A stretch of DNA of 64,000 nucleotides, from the NCBI GenBank assembly GCA_045537695.1, contig JAZSQB010000069.1:4730-68729 (forward strand). Reading direction: 5' to 3'. Numbering within the stretch: the first letter of the stretch is position 1; each line of letters starts with the position of its first letter. The notes beneath the pieces are model-generated. The model did not search any database. It saw only the letters and a program-made list of their open reading frames with translations, and was not told where the DNA came from. The stretch comes from Clostridia bacterium (lineage in GTDB: Bacteria > Bacillota > Clostridia > UBA1381 > UMGS1253). The position numbers and the translations under genes were made by a program. Positions 16,863-26,042 of the stretch are shown here, piece after piece.

Positions 16863-17006
16863 GTGTCAAACTCTTTTAAATGGTCTTATATACGCCCTGA
16901 CACCAATTTGACACCATTTGATTTTGAATTTCTCATCACAAATTTATACGCCAAAATATTATATCACACTGTTAAATAACAGTCAATTATTCCTCCTCTT
17001 TTTGTT
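16863..17006. repeat. att-like repeat copy C (Y arm + core + X arm in one piece)
   Basis: Y arm 16863-16896 matches B1. Core 16897-16918 is identical to the A and B2 cores. X-arm end 16960-17006 matches A at 37/47. Confidence 0.75.
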
Positions 17007-17201
17007 CCAAACCTACAATCACCTTTTGCCAATAATTACATATTAGCTCAAAAAACCATTTGAGATTTCAAAAAAATCCGTTTCACAGAAAATCGAATTA
17101 TAGGTACAATTAAAAACAAATGAAAATTTGAATCTTTTCCTTTACATTTCACTTTGGCTAATGTATAATATTAACATCAAATGAAGAATGGAGGGTATAC
17201 T

Positions 17202-18335
17202 ATGTATATCAATGACCAAGACAAGAAATTCGCAGCCGAGCTTTTAGATAAAATGGTAACAAAGTTTTCCAAAACAGCAGACATCGTCGGCGACCGTATT
17301 CCGCGCATCACCGATTATGAGGGCGCATATATTTACGCAGAAGAACCGTACTCCGCATGGGAAGCCGGCTTCTGGCCGGGCATCATGTGGATGATGTATT
17401 TAAAAACAAAGGAAAACAAGTACAAAGAAAAGGCAGAGCACTGCGAAGAACTGTTAGACCAGGCAATTGAAGCCTTCACCTGCCTGCACCACGACGTTGG
17501 CTTTATGTGGTTGCCGAGCGCCGTTGCAAACTACCGCATCACCGGCAATGAAAAGTCCAGAGTGCGCGGTCTGCACGTTGCCTCTACCCTGGCGGGACGC
17601 TTCAACCCGATCGGTTGCTTCATCCGCGCATGGAACGGCAGAAACCCGGAACACATCACAAAAGCAATCATCGACTGCATGATGAACACACCGCTTCTGT
17701 ACTGGGCAAGCGAAGAAATTGGCGATAAACGCTTTGCAACCATCGCAAATCTGCACGCAGACACCGTTATCGATAACTTTATCCGTCCGGACGGTTCTGT
17801 CAACCATATGGTTGTATTCGACCCGGATACCGGCGAAGCAATCATGCGTCCACGCGGTCAGGGCTATGCAGAGGGCTCTTCCTGGACACGCGGTCAGTCC
17901 TGGGCAGTGTATGGCTTTACAATTGCCTATTTACATACGCAAAACCCGGAATATTTGGCCGCCGCAAAGCGCGTAGCCGATTACTTTATTTCCTCGCTGG
18001 ATGAAACCTGCGTACCGCCGGTAGACTTCCGCCAGCCGCTTGAGCCGCATAAGCTCGACACCTCGGCAGGCGCAATCACCGCTTGCGGCTTGATTGAAAT
18101 TTCCAAGCTGATGGAAAGCGAAGCCGAAGCAAAGAAGTACATGGATTGGGCAATGAAGATTATTCGCGGCATCTCTGTACACTGCGACTTCACGGACAAG
18201 ACACCGTCCATCCTGCAAATGAGCAGCGGACAATACCATACCGAAAAGACTATACACGTCAACCTCGTTTACGGCGACTACTACCTGTTCGAGGCGCTGA
18301 TGAAGCTCGACGGTAACGAAATCTTCTTCTGGTAA
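17202..18335 (+). CDS. glycoside hydrolase family 88 (unsaturated glucuronyl hydrolase-like)
   Basis: HHDVGFMW and WTRGQSWAVYGF motifs. ATG at 17202 is preceded by GGAGGG. Confidence 0.8.
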   Translation: MYINDQDKKFAAELLDKMVTKFSKTADIVGDRIPRITDYEGAYIYAEEPYSAWEAGFWPGIMWMMYLKTKENKYKEKAEHCEELLDQAIEAFTCLHHDVGFMWLPSAVANYRITGNEKSRVRGLHVASTLAGRFNPIGCFIRAWNGRNPEHITKAIIDCMMNTPLLYWASEEIGDKRFATIANLHADTVIDNFIRPDGSVNHMVVFDPDTGEAIMRPRGQGYAEGSSWTRGQSWAVYGFTIAYLHTQNPEYLAAAKRVADYFISSLDETCVPPVDFRQPLEPHKLDTSAGAITACGLIEISKLMESEAEAKKYMDWAMKIIRGISVHCDFTDKTPSILQMSSGQYHTEKTIHVNLVYGDYYLFEALMKLDGNEIFFW

Positions 18336-18336
18336 A

Positions 18337-18603
18337 ATGAAAAACAGAATTTATAAAATTCGCACACAAAAAGGGCTTTCTCTGACCGATGTGTGCAGCC
18401 TCTACAAGTTGTATTTCGGCGAAAAGCTTTCCGTAAAGAAGCTACGCGATATTGAAGAAGGCAAGCTAATGCCGCCGCTCGGCACGTTTCTCTGTTTTGC
18501 AGAGCTGTTCGATGTAACGCTCGACTATCTGCTCTGTCGCACAGACGAAGCAAGCGAAGAATTGCGTATGCACCAAAAAGGACTCGTAGAGACAGACAAA
18601 TAA
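18337..18603 (+). CDS. XRE-family helix-turn-helix protein
   Basis: 88 aa. IRTQKGLSLTDV... and DVTLDYLLCRTD, typical of HTH_3 proteins. Starts 1 nt after the GH88 stop. Confidence 0.7.
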   Translation: MKNRIYKIRTQKGLSLTDVCSLYKLYFGEKLSVKKLRDIEEGKLMPPLGTFLCFAELFDVTLDYLLCRTDEASEELRMHQKGLVETDK

Positions 18604-18607
18604 AATT

Positions 18608-18651
18608 AAAAGCACTTTTCTTTGGGCGAGTAGCCTTAGAAAGGTGCTTTT
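18608..18651. terminator. bidirectional hairpin between convergent HTH gene and malQ
   Basis: AAAAGCACTTTTC pairs with GAAAGGTGCTTTT (one mismatch). A/T runs on both sides. Confidence 0.65.
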
Positions 18652-18713
18652 AATTTTTAAATATGTTACAATAGTTTGAATATTTTAGAAAGAAGATATA
18701 AAAGAGTTTTAAA

Positions 18714-20141
18714 TTATCGTGCATACATTTGATTGAGTTTCTTAAACTTTTCTTTATCAATACCATTAAGTTGGTCTCTTGTCACGCGGTATGCCCAGTT
18801 GCCGTCCGCTTTGCCCGGAATATTCAGTCTCGTATCCGAACCGTAGCCGAGCAAATCCTGCATCGGCAACACCACTAAACGGGCGTGACTTGCAAACAGG
18901 GTGCGCAGTATGCTGTAGCAACCGCTCTCCCAATGCTCCGTGTGTCCGCAATACTCGAGCATTCTTGCGCGCGAAGCATCGTCGAGTTCCCAAAGGTACC
19001 CCAAAAGTGTATTGTTGTCGTGCGTACCCGTATAGGCTACGCAATTTTCAGGATAGTGATGCGGTTGGTGCAAGCTGTCCCCTTCGCCCAAAAAACCAAA
19101 CTGGAACACGCGCATCCCCGGAAAACCGCTTTCCTGCACAAGTGCGTGCACTTCCGGTGTAATATCGCCCAAGTCCTCGGCGATGATTTCCGTATCCCCT
19201 GCCGCCGCTTTGATTACATCTATAAACGCCATACCGGGACCCTTTTCCCAATGACCTTCCCTTGCCGTCTCCGCATCGCCTGGCACTGCCCAGTAGGATT
19301 CAATACCACGAAAGTGGTCAATGCGCACGGCATCGAAAAGCTTTGCCATATGGCGGATACGGTCGCACCACCACTGATAGCCGTCCTTTTTCATTTCTGC
19401 CCAGTTGTATATCGGATTACCCCAAAGCTGACCGTCTTCGCAGAAATAATCCGGCGGCACACCGGCAACCCACGCCGGCTGATTGTCCTCTTTTAAGCAA
19501 TACTGTGCTTTATTACTCCACACATCACAACTGTCGTGCGACACATAAATCGGAATGTCACCAATGATGCGAATGCCGCGCTCGTTTGCGTACTTCTTAA
19601 TTTCCGCCCACTGCGTGAAAAATGCATACTGAATAAATTTCCACATAAAGAGCACATCTTCGTCTATGCTGTCATTCGTCCACGCAAACCACGGCGCTTC
19701 ATCGTTCGCTGCCTTGCGCGCCATAAATTCACAGAATTTGGACAAATATGCATCCTCTGCAATAAACGCTTCTATCGCATCTCTGTTCTGCACACGCTTG
19801 GACGCCTTCATCAAAAGTTCCAGTCTTGTGTGGTACAGGCGCACAAACTCGCAAACATACGGATTCTGCTGTCGGTAGGCATCCAGTTCTTCCACCGTCA
19901 CCAATCCCTGTCTGTGCAAGGTATTTAAATCCACAAAATACGGATTGCCGCCGAAGGTCGAATACGATTTGTACGGCGAATTACACGCATCCACCATACA
20001 AAACGGCAACACCTGCCAGTAGCTAAAGCCACATGCCTTTAAAAAATCTACAAATTGCTTTGCTTCGTCACCGAAGCTGCCGATGGAATACTCCCCGTAA
20101 AGAGAGGAAATATGCATCAGCACACCGCTTTTTCTTTCCAT
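18714..20141 (-). CDS. malQ: 4-alpha-glucanotransferase (GH77 amylomaltase)
   Basis: 475 aa. RKSGVLMHISSLYG..GSFG, YWQVLP, GDIPIYV. Confidence 0.9.
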   Translation of the reverse strand: MERKSGVLMHISSLYGEYSIGSFGDEAKQFVDFLKACGFSYWQVLPFCMVDACNSPYKSYSTFGGNPYFVDLNTLHRQGLVTVEELDAYRQQNPYVCEFVRLYHTRLELLMKASKRVQNRDAIEAFIAEDAYLSKFCEFMARKAANDEAPWFAWTNDSIDEDVLFMWKFIQYAFFTQWAEIKKYANERGIRIIGDIPIYVSHDSCDVWSNKAQYCLKEDNQPAWVAGVPPDYFCEDGQLWGNPIYNWAEMKKDGYQWWCDRIRHMAKLFDAVRIDHFRGIESYWAVPGDAETAREGHWEKGPGMAFIDVIKAAAGDTEIIAEDLGDITPEVHALVQESGFPGMRVFQFGFLGEGDSLHQPHHYPENCVAYTGTHDNNTLLGYLWELDDASRARMLEYCGHTEHWESGCYSILRTLFASHARLVVLPMQDLLGYGSDTRLNIPGKADGNWAYRVTRDQLNGIDKEKFKKLNQMYAR

Positions 20142-20156
20142 ATACCAAAATATCCT

Positions 20157-20873
20157 TTATGCGTATTTTTCAACGAAATTGATAATCGGTGTCGGATCCT
20201 CCAAGCCGTGCGGATGGTGTTTACAGCCTTCTTTGCCGTATACCTCAATGATACCGCCCTTTGCTTTGTACATTTCTTCAAAAACTGCGCCATTTTCTTT
20301 GTACGGTACAACATCGTCCGCATCACCGTAAACCATGATGACCGGCTTTTTATCGGCAAGGAGCTTGCCGACCTTATCAATCGGATGCTCCCTATAGTTA
20401 ATCAAGTCGAGTAATTTTAGACCTGTTGCCTTGTAAAATTCAGTATAAATTGCACCAAACGTCTCACGCGTGCCAAGACCGCACGGGCAGGACAGATAGT
20501 TCATTACCGGCGCGTCAATGTAGAGACAGGAAACAAGCTCCGGATACTTTGCAGTAAACTTTACCGCGATCTGACCGCCGCAGCTCATACCAACTGGCAC
20601 GCAGGTCATATCCAGATCATATGTCTTACTAATATATGCGCAAAAACGCGCCTTTGTGTCCAGAACCTCTTCGGTACACCAGCGCGTCACATTCTTATTG
20701 AACGCCACACACCAACCGCGCTTTAACATCTCGATTTCAAAGCCCGGAAAAGCATTTCTATACTCTGTTTTTAAGAGCCATTTGCCGCACTTCTCGCCCT
20801 TCGGAAATACGATAGATGCCATTTTCCCTTCAAATTCAAATTCCTCAATTTCAAAGCCAAACCAATCTGCCAT
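20157..20873 (-). CDS. alpha/beta hydrolase (esterase / dienelactone-hydrolase-like)
   Basis: Nucleophile elbow GMSCGG. Late GDADDVV and HHPHG. Confidence 0.7.
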   Translation of the reverse strand: MADWFGFEIEEFEFEGKMASIVFPKGEKCGKWLLKTEYRNAFPGFEIEMLKRGWCVAFNKNVTRWCTEEVLDTKARFCAYISKTYDLDMTCVPVGMSCGGQIAVKFTAKYPELVSCLYIDAPVMNYLSCPCGLGTRETFGAIYTEFYKATGLKLLDLINYREHPIDKVGKLLADKKPVIMVYGDADDVVPYKENGAVFEEMYKAKGGIIEVYGKEGCKHHPHGLEDPTPIINFVEKYA

Positions 20874-20986
20874 TTTTCTTCCGTCCTTTCTGCCTAAAAC
20901 TTAAAACTAGTATAACAGCTTTTGCGCATAATTGCAACATTCGAATCCTCTTTTTTCAAAAAATTTGAAACTTTTTTAAAAAAAGC

Positions 20987-21015
20987 TTTACAAATTCAAA
21001 ATCCCGTGTTATAAT
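20987..21015 (+). promoter_or_regulatory. sigma-70-type promoter for tRNA-Gly
   Basis: TTTACA (20987-20992), 17-nt spacer, TATAAT (21010-21015), about 20 nt before the tRNA. Confidence 0.7.
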
Positions 21016-21035
21016 ATTAAACGTTCCAAAGAAAT

Positions 21036-21110
21036 GCGGGAGTGGCTCAGTGGTAGAGCGTCACCTTGCCAAGGTGAACGTCGCGAGTTCGAATCTCGTC
21101 TTCCGCTCCA
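21036..21110 (+). tRNA. tRNA-Gly (anticodon GCC), CCA encoded
   Basis: GCGGGAG..CTCCCGC-type acceptor stem. Anticodon arm TCACC-TTGCCAA-GGTGA. T-arm GGTTCGAATC-like GAGTTCGAATCTC. 75 nt ending in CCA. Confidence 0.95.
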
Positions 21111-21115
21111 AAAAA

Positions 21116-21147
21116 ATGACCTATCCAACGGATAGGTCATTTTTTTT
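21116..21147 (+). terminator. rho-independent terminator after tRNA-Gly
   Basis: ATGACCTATCC-AAC-GGATAGGTCAT (11-bp stem) followed by TTTTTTT. Confidence 0.9.
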
Positions 21148-21296
21148 GTGTGTTCACAGACGAGATGTAAGCGAGCAGAGTTCGTCGTAGCAGCCGCAAT
21201 GACGCGATAGGCATTGCGGTCTGCGAAGGTCCGTTTCATTTTCCACCCCGTTGCGGCAGGAGCAAGCCCCTACCCTACAATGTTATTCTAATTTAA

Positions 21297-22154
21297 TTAT
21301 CCGCAATTTTTAATTTCGCACAGCCGCACACGGTTGCCGCGACAGAGCAATGCATCGGAAATCTGCGTTTCCGTCAGGCAGCCACAATAGCGTTGCTGTT
21401 CATCAAACAGATGCACCATGTGGTATTTGTCATACGAAAAATGCGCCGCAATCTGTTTTGCCAGCGTATCTCTCTGCGCCGCAATATTGCGCACACGGAT
21501 TACCTTTTGTTTTGTTAGCTTTTGCTTGTATTCCGCCACCTGGCGCATCATTAAATATGCATTGTTTTTTTTCTCTGTACTCATATTAAACAGCAAAAAT
21601 GCCACCAACATCATCAACGATACATTAAAGGATTGCTGCCATAGCGCTAAAATCGCGCATACCCCAACGAACAGCACAAAAAAACATGTTACCAACTCCG
21701 TTACGCGAATAGCGCGCAAAAGTCCCAAACGTGCCGTCAGATACGCTTTTAAAACGCGCCCGCCGTCTAATGGGACAATCGGCAGCAAATTGATGCCGGC
21801 AATAGACAAATGGGACAACATTAAAAACTGGACGTCCGCCTCCCCCGTCCCCAATGCAAAATACAGACCGGCTGCAACGCACAGATTTGCAACTGGTCCG
21901 GCAAGACAGAGCATTATTTCCTCAGACGGCTCTCGTATGCAGTTATCGTGCAAACGAAGTGTTATCCCAAATGGCTGCAGCACAAGTCCATTATGCTTGA
22001 GCTTGAGTCGCACCGACACGAAATAGTGCGCAAGCTCATGTACCGCAAGGACACTATACGAAAGCAAAAGCCATTTTAGTACACCACAGAGCGCCGAAAA
22101 CAGCACAAGCACAACCGTCCAGAGGCTGACATACAAATTGCCTGCTTTAATCAT
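21297..22154 (-). CDS. spoIVFB: M50 site-2 protease with C-terminal CBS-like region (SpoIVFB-like)
   Basis: HELAHY zinc motif and NLLPIVPLDGGRV. 6 TM-like segments. Confidence 0.75.
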   Translation of the reverse strand: MIKAGNLYVSLWTVVLVLFSALCGVLKWLLLSYSVLAVHELAHYFVSVRLKLKHNGLVLQPFGITLRLHDNCIREPSEEIMLCLAGPVANLCVAAGLYFALGTGEADVQFLMLSHLSIAGINLLPIVPLDGGRVLKAYLTARLGLLRAIRVTELVTCFFVLFVGVCAILALWQQSFNVSLMMLVAFLLFNMSTEKKNNAYLMMRQVAEYKQKLTKQKVIRVRNIAAQRDTLAKQIAAHFSYDKYHMVHLFDEQQRYCGCLTETQISDALLCRGNRVRLCEIKNCG

Positions 22155-22429
22155 TTCTGCGCCTCTACGATGCGGTCACAAAACTGATTAAACGCTTCGA
22201 TGGATTCATCCCGCGCACGTACAAAATCCGGCGCACCGCGCAAATAGTATTCCAAGCCATTTTTCGTCTGCGCAAGCATATCACCACCGCACAGTCTTGC
22301 AAATGCAAAATATAAAAACAGCCCGAAGCAGAGCAGCATACGCAGTATGAATCCTGTGCCCTTAATCTGTGGCTGTGCCATTTTAGGCCTTCGTAGATTT
22401 GCGCGCACTTTTTTATATGACTTATCCAT
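22151..22429 (-). CDS. small membrane protein, unknown function (sits in the spoIVFA position)
   Basis: One TM (FILRMLLCFGLFLYFAF). ATG at 22429 has GAGGTG 7 nt upstream. 4-nt overlap with the protease gene. Confidence 0.5.
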   Translation of the reverse strand: MDKSYKKVRANLRRPKMAQPQIKGTGFILRMLLCFGLFLYFAFARLCGGDMLAQTKNGLEYYLRGAPDFVRARDESIEAFNQFCDRIVEAQK

Positions 22430-22665
22430 CACAAATCACCTCTTCTGTACAAGCTATGCGCCAGAAGAGAAAATAATGCGTGTATTTTGCGACAACTACT
22501 ATGTCATCAACAGGATTTTGACAGGCACCCTCGGAAAAGAGCTGTCACGATGCGATCGAGAGAGATATCTCCTCTATTTTGCACTACTCTCCCTCCGTCT
22601 TTGCCTAAGGCAAATCCACCTTCCTCAACAGAGGGAGGCAATACATAAATTCTATCTGCAAACCA

Positions 22666-22697
22666 AAATAAAAAAAGCGATGTATTGCATCGCTTTT
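22666..22697 (-). terminator. rho-independent terminator downstream of metK (bidirectional shape)
   Basis: AGCGATG (22675-22681) pairs with CATCGCT (22687-22693). Flanked by an A-run and a T-run. Confidence 0.8.
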
Positions 22698-22705
22698 TGC
22701 TGTTA

Positions 22706-23887
22706 TTAAAGTCCGGCTTCTGCGCGGAGAACATCCGCTTTGTCTGTCTTTTCCCAGGACAAGTCCAAATCGTCACGTCCCATATGACCGTATGCAGCTG
22801 TCTGCTTGTAAATCGGGCGTCTCAGGTCGAGGTTCTTGATAATGGCAGACGGACGAAGGTCAAAATGCTTATTTACCAATTCCTCAATCTTCTCTTCTGG
22901 AATTTTCGCTGTGCCAAAGGTTTCTACCAATACGGATACCGGCTTTGCTACACCGATGGCATACGCAATCTGAATTTCGCATTTATCTGCAAGCCCTGCG
23001 GCAACGACGTTTTTTGCAACATATCTTGCTGCATATGCTGCACTGCGGTCCACCTTCGTCGGGTCTTTACCGGAGAAGGCACCGCCGCCGTGTCTGCCCA
23101 CGCCGCCATAAGTATCAACGATAATCTTTCTGCCGGTGTGACCGCTGTCACCCTGCGGACCGCCAACAACAAATCTGCCGGTCGGGTTGATTAAAAACTT
23201 TGTATCGTCATCCACCAGTTCGCTCGGCAGCGACGGGAGGATTACTTCTTTGATAATATCTGCGCGCAGTGTTTCAAGTGCAACGCTTTCATCATGCTGA
23301 CTGGATACAACAACGGTATCAATACGCACCGGTGTGTTGCCGTCATATTCTACGGTCACCTGTGTCTTACCATCCGGACGCAGATAGGTCAAAACGCCCT
23401 TCTTGCGCACATCGGTCAGGCGAAGCGCCATTTTGTGTGCCAGGTAAATCGGCATCGGCATCAAGGTTTCTGTTTCGTTACAAGCGTAACCAAACATCAT
23501 GCCCTGGTCGCCCGCGCCGCCGTTGGAATCGTCCATTTCGCCTTCCTTCGCTTCGAGCGCTTTATCTACGCCAAGCGCAATATCCGGCGACTGCTTATCC
23601 AGCGCCGTAATGACCGCGCAGGTATCGCAGTCAAAGCCATACTTCGCTCTGTCATAACCGGTTTCGCGTACAGTCTGGCGTACGAGCTCCTGAATATCAA
23701 TATCCGCTTTGGTAGAAATTTCACCGACAACCATTACAAGACCGGTCGTCGCCGTAACTTCACAAGCCACGCGGCTCATTGGATCCTGCGCCAAAAGCGC
23801 ATCTAATACCGCATCGGAAATCAAGTCACATATTTTATCCGGATGCCCTTCCGTAACGGACTCGGATGTAAAAAGTCTTCTTGCCAT
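22706..23887 (-). CDS. metK: S-adenosylmethionine synthase
   Basis: [44 protein letters not shown]. Confidence 0.97.
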   Translation of the reverse strand: MARRLFTSESVTEGHPDKICDLISDAVLDALLAQDPMSRVACEVTATTGLVMVVGEISTKADIDIQELVRQTVRETGYDRAKYGFDCDTCAVITALDKQSPDIALGVDKALEAKEGEMDDSNGGAGDQGMMFGYACNETETLMPMPIYLAHKMALRLTDVRKKGVLTYLRPDGKTQVTVEYDGNTPVRIDTVVVSSQHDESVALETLRADIIKEVILPSLPSELVDDDTKFLINPTGRFVVGGPQGDSGHTGRKIIVDTYGGVGRHGGGAFSGKDPTKVDRSAAYAARYVAKNVVAAGLADKCEIQIAYAIGVAKPVSVLVETFGTAKIPEEKIEELVNKHFDLRPSAIIKNLDLRRPIYKQTAAYGHMGRDDLDLSWEKTDKADVLRAEAGL

Positions 23888-23925
23888 AATACATACCCCA
23901 TTCTTTCGTTTGGTTTCACCTAAGT

Positions 23926-23954
23926 ATTATACAGCATATATTTACAAATTGCAA
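23926..23954 (-). promoter_or_regulatory. sigma-70-type promoter of metK (extended -10)
   Basis: Minus strand TTGCAA, 17 nt, then TGTATAAT. Leaves only about a 40-nt leader. Confidence 0.6.
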
Positions 23955-24025
23955 GCAAAATACAGTTTTTCTGTTGCACTGTTGTCAGATTTATGATAAA
24001 TTAATGCAAAAAGGATGTGATTATA

Positions 24026-24388
24026 ATGAAAGAGAACAAATATGAAGCTATAAAAAGAGCCTTTTCTGCGCGTTTGCAGGCTCTGCGTAAGGCAAACCAT
24101 CACACGCAATCCTATCTTGCCGGAAAACTAAATTTATCCAAAAGCTGTATTTCCAATTACGAAAGTGGCACGCGCATTCCCGATATGGATGTCATTTCAA
24201 AAATTGCAGACATATATAGTGTCAGCATAGAATATCTGATCGGTACTTCCAAAAGGCCAAACCACTATGTGGCAGAAGACAAATTCATTGACAAAAATCG
24301 CTATCTTGATTTAAATATGCTTTCTCCGGCACATCAGAATAGCATCATAGAATATTACGAGCTTCTGTGTCAGAAAGACAACCTTTAA
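24026..24388 (+). CDS. XRE-family helix-turn-helix protein
   Basis: LRKANHHTQSYLAGKLNLSKSCISNYESGTRIPDMDVISKIADIYSVSIEYLIG. Confidence 0.8.
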   Translation: MKENKYEAIKRAFSARLQALRKANHHTQSYLAGKLNLSKSCISNYESGTRIPDMDVISKIADIYSVSIEYLIGTSKRPNHYVAEDKFIDKNRYLDLNMLSPAHQNSIIEYYELLCQKDNL

Positions 24389-24490
24389 TTTTAAAAATCG
24401 GTTCATTTTCTGTTTGTGCTCGTTTTCGAGGGCAAATTCACACCTATATACCTCGCAAACTTTCTCCGTAACGCCCAACAAATGATTCGC

Positions 24491-25306
24491 TCACTTCGCG
24501 AAGTAATGCTCTTTTACATATTTCATCACATGCGCATCATTATTGCAGATGACCGCATCTGCAATCGACTTGAGCGTTTCGCACGCATTTTCTGTTGCAA
24601 GTCCGAGTCCCGCTATGGAAATCATTGGCGCATCATTGTCACTGTCACCGACAGCGACAACATCCTGCATCGGTATATTCAACTTCTCTGCAAGGATTTT
24701 CAACGCGTTTCCCTTTCCTGCATCCTTAAGAAATATTTCAAGGTTGTGCGGCCAGGTCGTTGCTGCTTTCACATCCGGATTGGAAGAGAGCACTGCCTGG
24801 CATGCAGCTACATCCGCAGCATTTGCAAAAAACACCACAACACATTCAACAGCACTGTCCGGCAATTTCTTTTCAAAATCTTCTATTAAAATGCAGTTGT
24901 TTTTTACAATATCTTCCACATTAATACTTACCGGGTAATCGGACAGTCTTTCTGCTTTTTTCTTGTCGGCATAGGCTTGTCCATTGACATGCACAATCAT
25001 AAATGTATCATAGCGAAGCAAGGTATCGAAAACAAAACGAAGCAGCTTGCCGCCAAGTCCCAGCACAACCTTCTCGCCTGTTTTTTTATCATGAATCGTC
25101 GCACCATTGGAATAAATCGCATAACGGATTTCCGGCAAACCAAAAACATCTTCCATTTCACACAGGGTACGTCCGGTTGTCGGCACAACAACAACACCGC
25201 GTTCAGTAAGCACCTTGATTGCCTGATAATTTTCTTTACTGAGCGTCAAATCCGCTCCTAAAAGTGTGCCGTCCAGGTCGCAGGCAATTAATTTATACCG
25301 GTTCAT
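24491..25306 (-). CDS. Cof-type HAD-IIB phosphatase
   Basis: LIACDLDGTLL motif I and GDSDNDAPM motif IV. Confidence 0.85.
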   Translation of the reverse strand: MNRYKLIACDLDGTLLGADLTLSKENYQAIKVLTERGVVVVPTTGRTLCEMEDVFGLPEIRYAIYSNGATIHDKKTGEKVVLGLGGKLLRFVFDTLLRYDTFMIVHVNGQAYADKKKAERLSDYPVSINVEDIVKNNCILIEDFEKKLPDSAVECVVVFFANAADVAACQAVLSSNPDVKAATTWPHNLEIFLKDAGKGNALKILAEKLNIPMQDVVAVGDSDNDAPMISIAGLGLATENACETLKSIADAVICNNDAHVMKYVKEHYFAK

Positions 25307-25498
25307 TTACAATCCTCCAAAAGTTTGCAATACTCTCATTTTCTGTACTGAGAAAATTCTACCACAACACAAGCAAAAACGCAATACGAAAGCAAAGCTC
25401 CAAATGCTTTTTCCTAATATTCTTTTCTTGATTTCTATAAAAGGATAACAAATGGTACAAAATTGTCCATTTATGATAAACGCCAGCAGCAGATGCGC

Positions 25499-25528
25499 AA
25501 ATAAAATAGGAGGGCCTCAAGTCCCTCC
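25499..25528 (-). terminator. hairpin terminator downstream of mgsA
   Basis: GGAGGG (25509-25514) pairs with CCCTCC (25523-25528). TATTTTAT follows on the minus strand. Confidence 0.6.
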
Positions 25529-25549
25529 CTTACAAACTATAAAGCAAAC

Positions 25550-25954
25550 TCAATCCTTTGGATTGACGATATCACGCCACGCAAGGTCGCCGCGTTCTAC
25601 GCCGTGAATTAACACTTCGGCAGTAGCCACATTGGTTGCTAGCGGAATATTATGCACATCGCAAAGACGGAAAAGTGCTGACACATCCGGCTCGTGCGGC
25701 TGCGCGGTCAGCGGATCGCGGAAGAAGAGCACAAGGTCGATTTCATTATATGCAATTCTTGCACCAATTTGCTGGTCACCGCCCTGTGGACCGGACAAAA
25801 AACGATGAATTTCCAGACCGGTTGCCTCAATCACCAAGCTACCCGTGGTGCCCGTTGCAAACAGATTGTGTTTCGCCAGTATGCCCTTATAAGCAATACA
25901 AAACTCTACCATCAGTTCTTTCTTTTTGTCATGCGCAATTAAAGCTATATTCAT
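25550..25954 (-). CDS. mgsA: methylglyoxal synthase
   Basis: [15 protein letters not shown].., [16 protein letters not shown]. The ATG at 25954 is preferred over the upstream TTG of the track ORF. Confidence 0.9.
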   Translation of the reverse strand: MNIALIAHDKKKELMVEFCIAYKGILAKHNLFATGTTGSLVIEATGLEIHRFLSGPQGGDQQIGARIAYNEIDLVLFFRDPLTAQPHEPDVSALFRLCDVHNIPLATNVATAEVLIHGVERGDLAWRDIVNPKD

Positions 25955-26042
25955 TCCGGATCGATCCTTTCGCAAACCTTTTTCGACTTATTATACACCC
26001 GTTTGTATAATTTTTCAAGTTATTTGCTCGAATTTATGCGAA

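Noticed and set aside
18337-18603. The XRE-family HTH genes (also 24026-24388) as toxin-antitoxin or defence-system components.
   Set aside because: Neither has an adjacent small toxin-like, nuclease, ATPase or other defence-type partner. One follows a GH88 gene and the other stands alone next to metK.
17007-21035. A possible third island between repeat C and tRNA-Gly (GH88, HTH, malQ, esterase).
   Set aside because: By eye the composition returns to core-like GC from the GH88 gene onward. I found no Y-core repeat and no duplicated tRNA 3' end on the far side. The question is unresolved and I make no call.
21009-21239. 76-aa minus-strand ORF.
   Set aside because: It lies antisense across tRNA-Gly and its terminator. 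It is not coding.
22500-22660. A possible riboswitch-like leader (CCTCCCTC...GGAGGGAG pairing and a TGCCTTAGGCA palindrome) between metK and the small membrane-protein gene.
   Set aside because: It matches no riboswitch class I know. The inner palindrome has a 1-nt loop that cannot form in RNA. It may simply be promoter or operator DNA.
23888-24016. Expected SAM-I (S-box) riboswitch upstream of metK.
   Set aside because: The TTGCAA-17-TGTATAAT promoter leaves only about a 40-nt leader, and none of the S-box conserved blocks is present. metK appears not to be riboswitch-controlled here.
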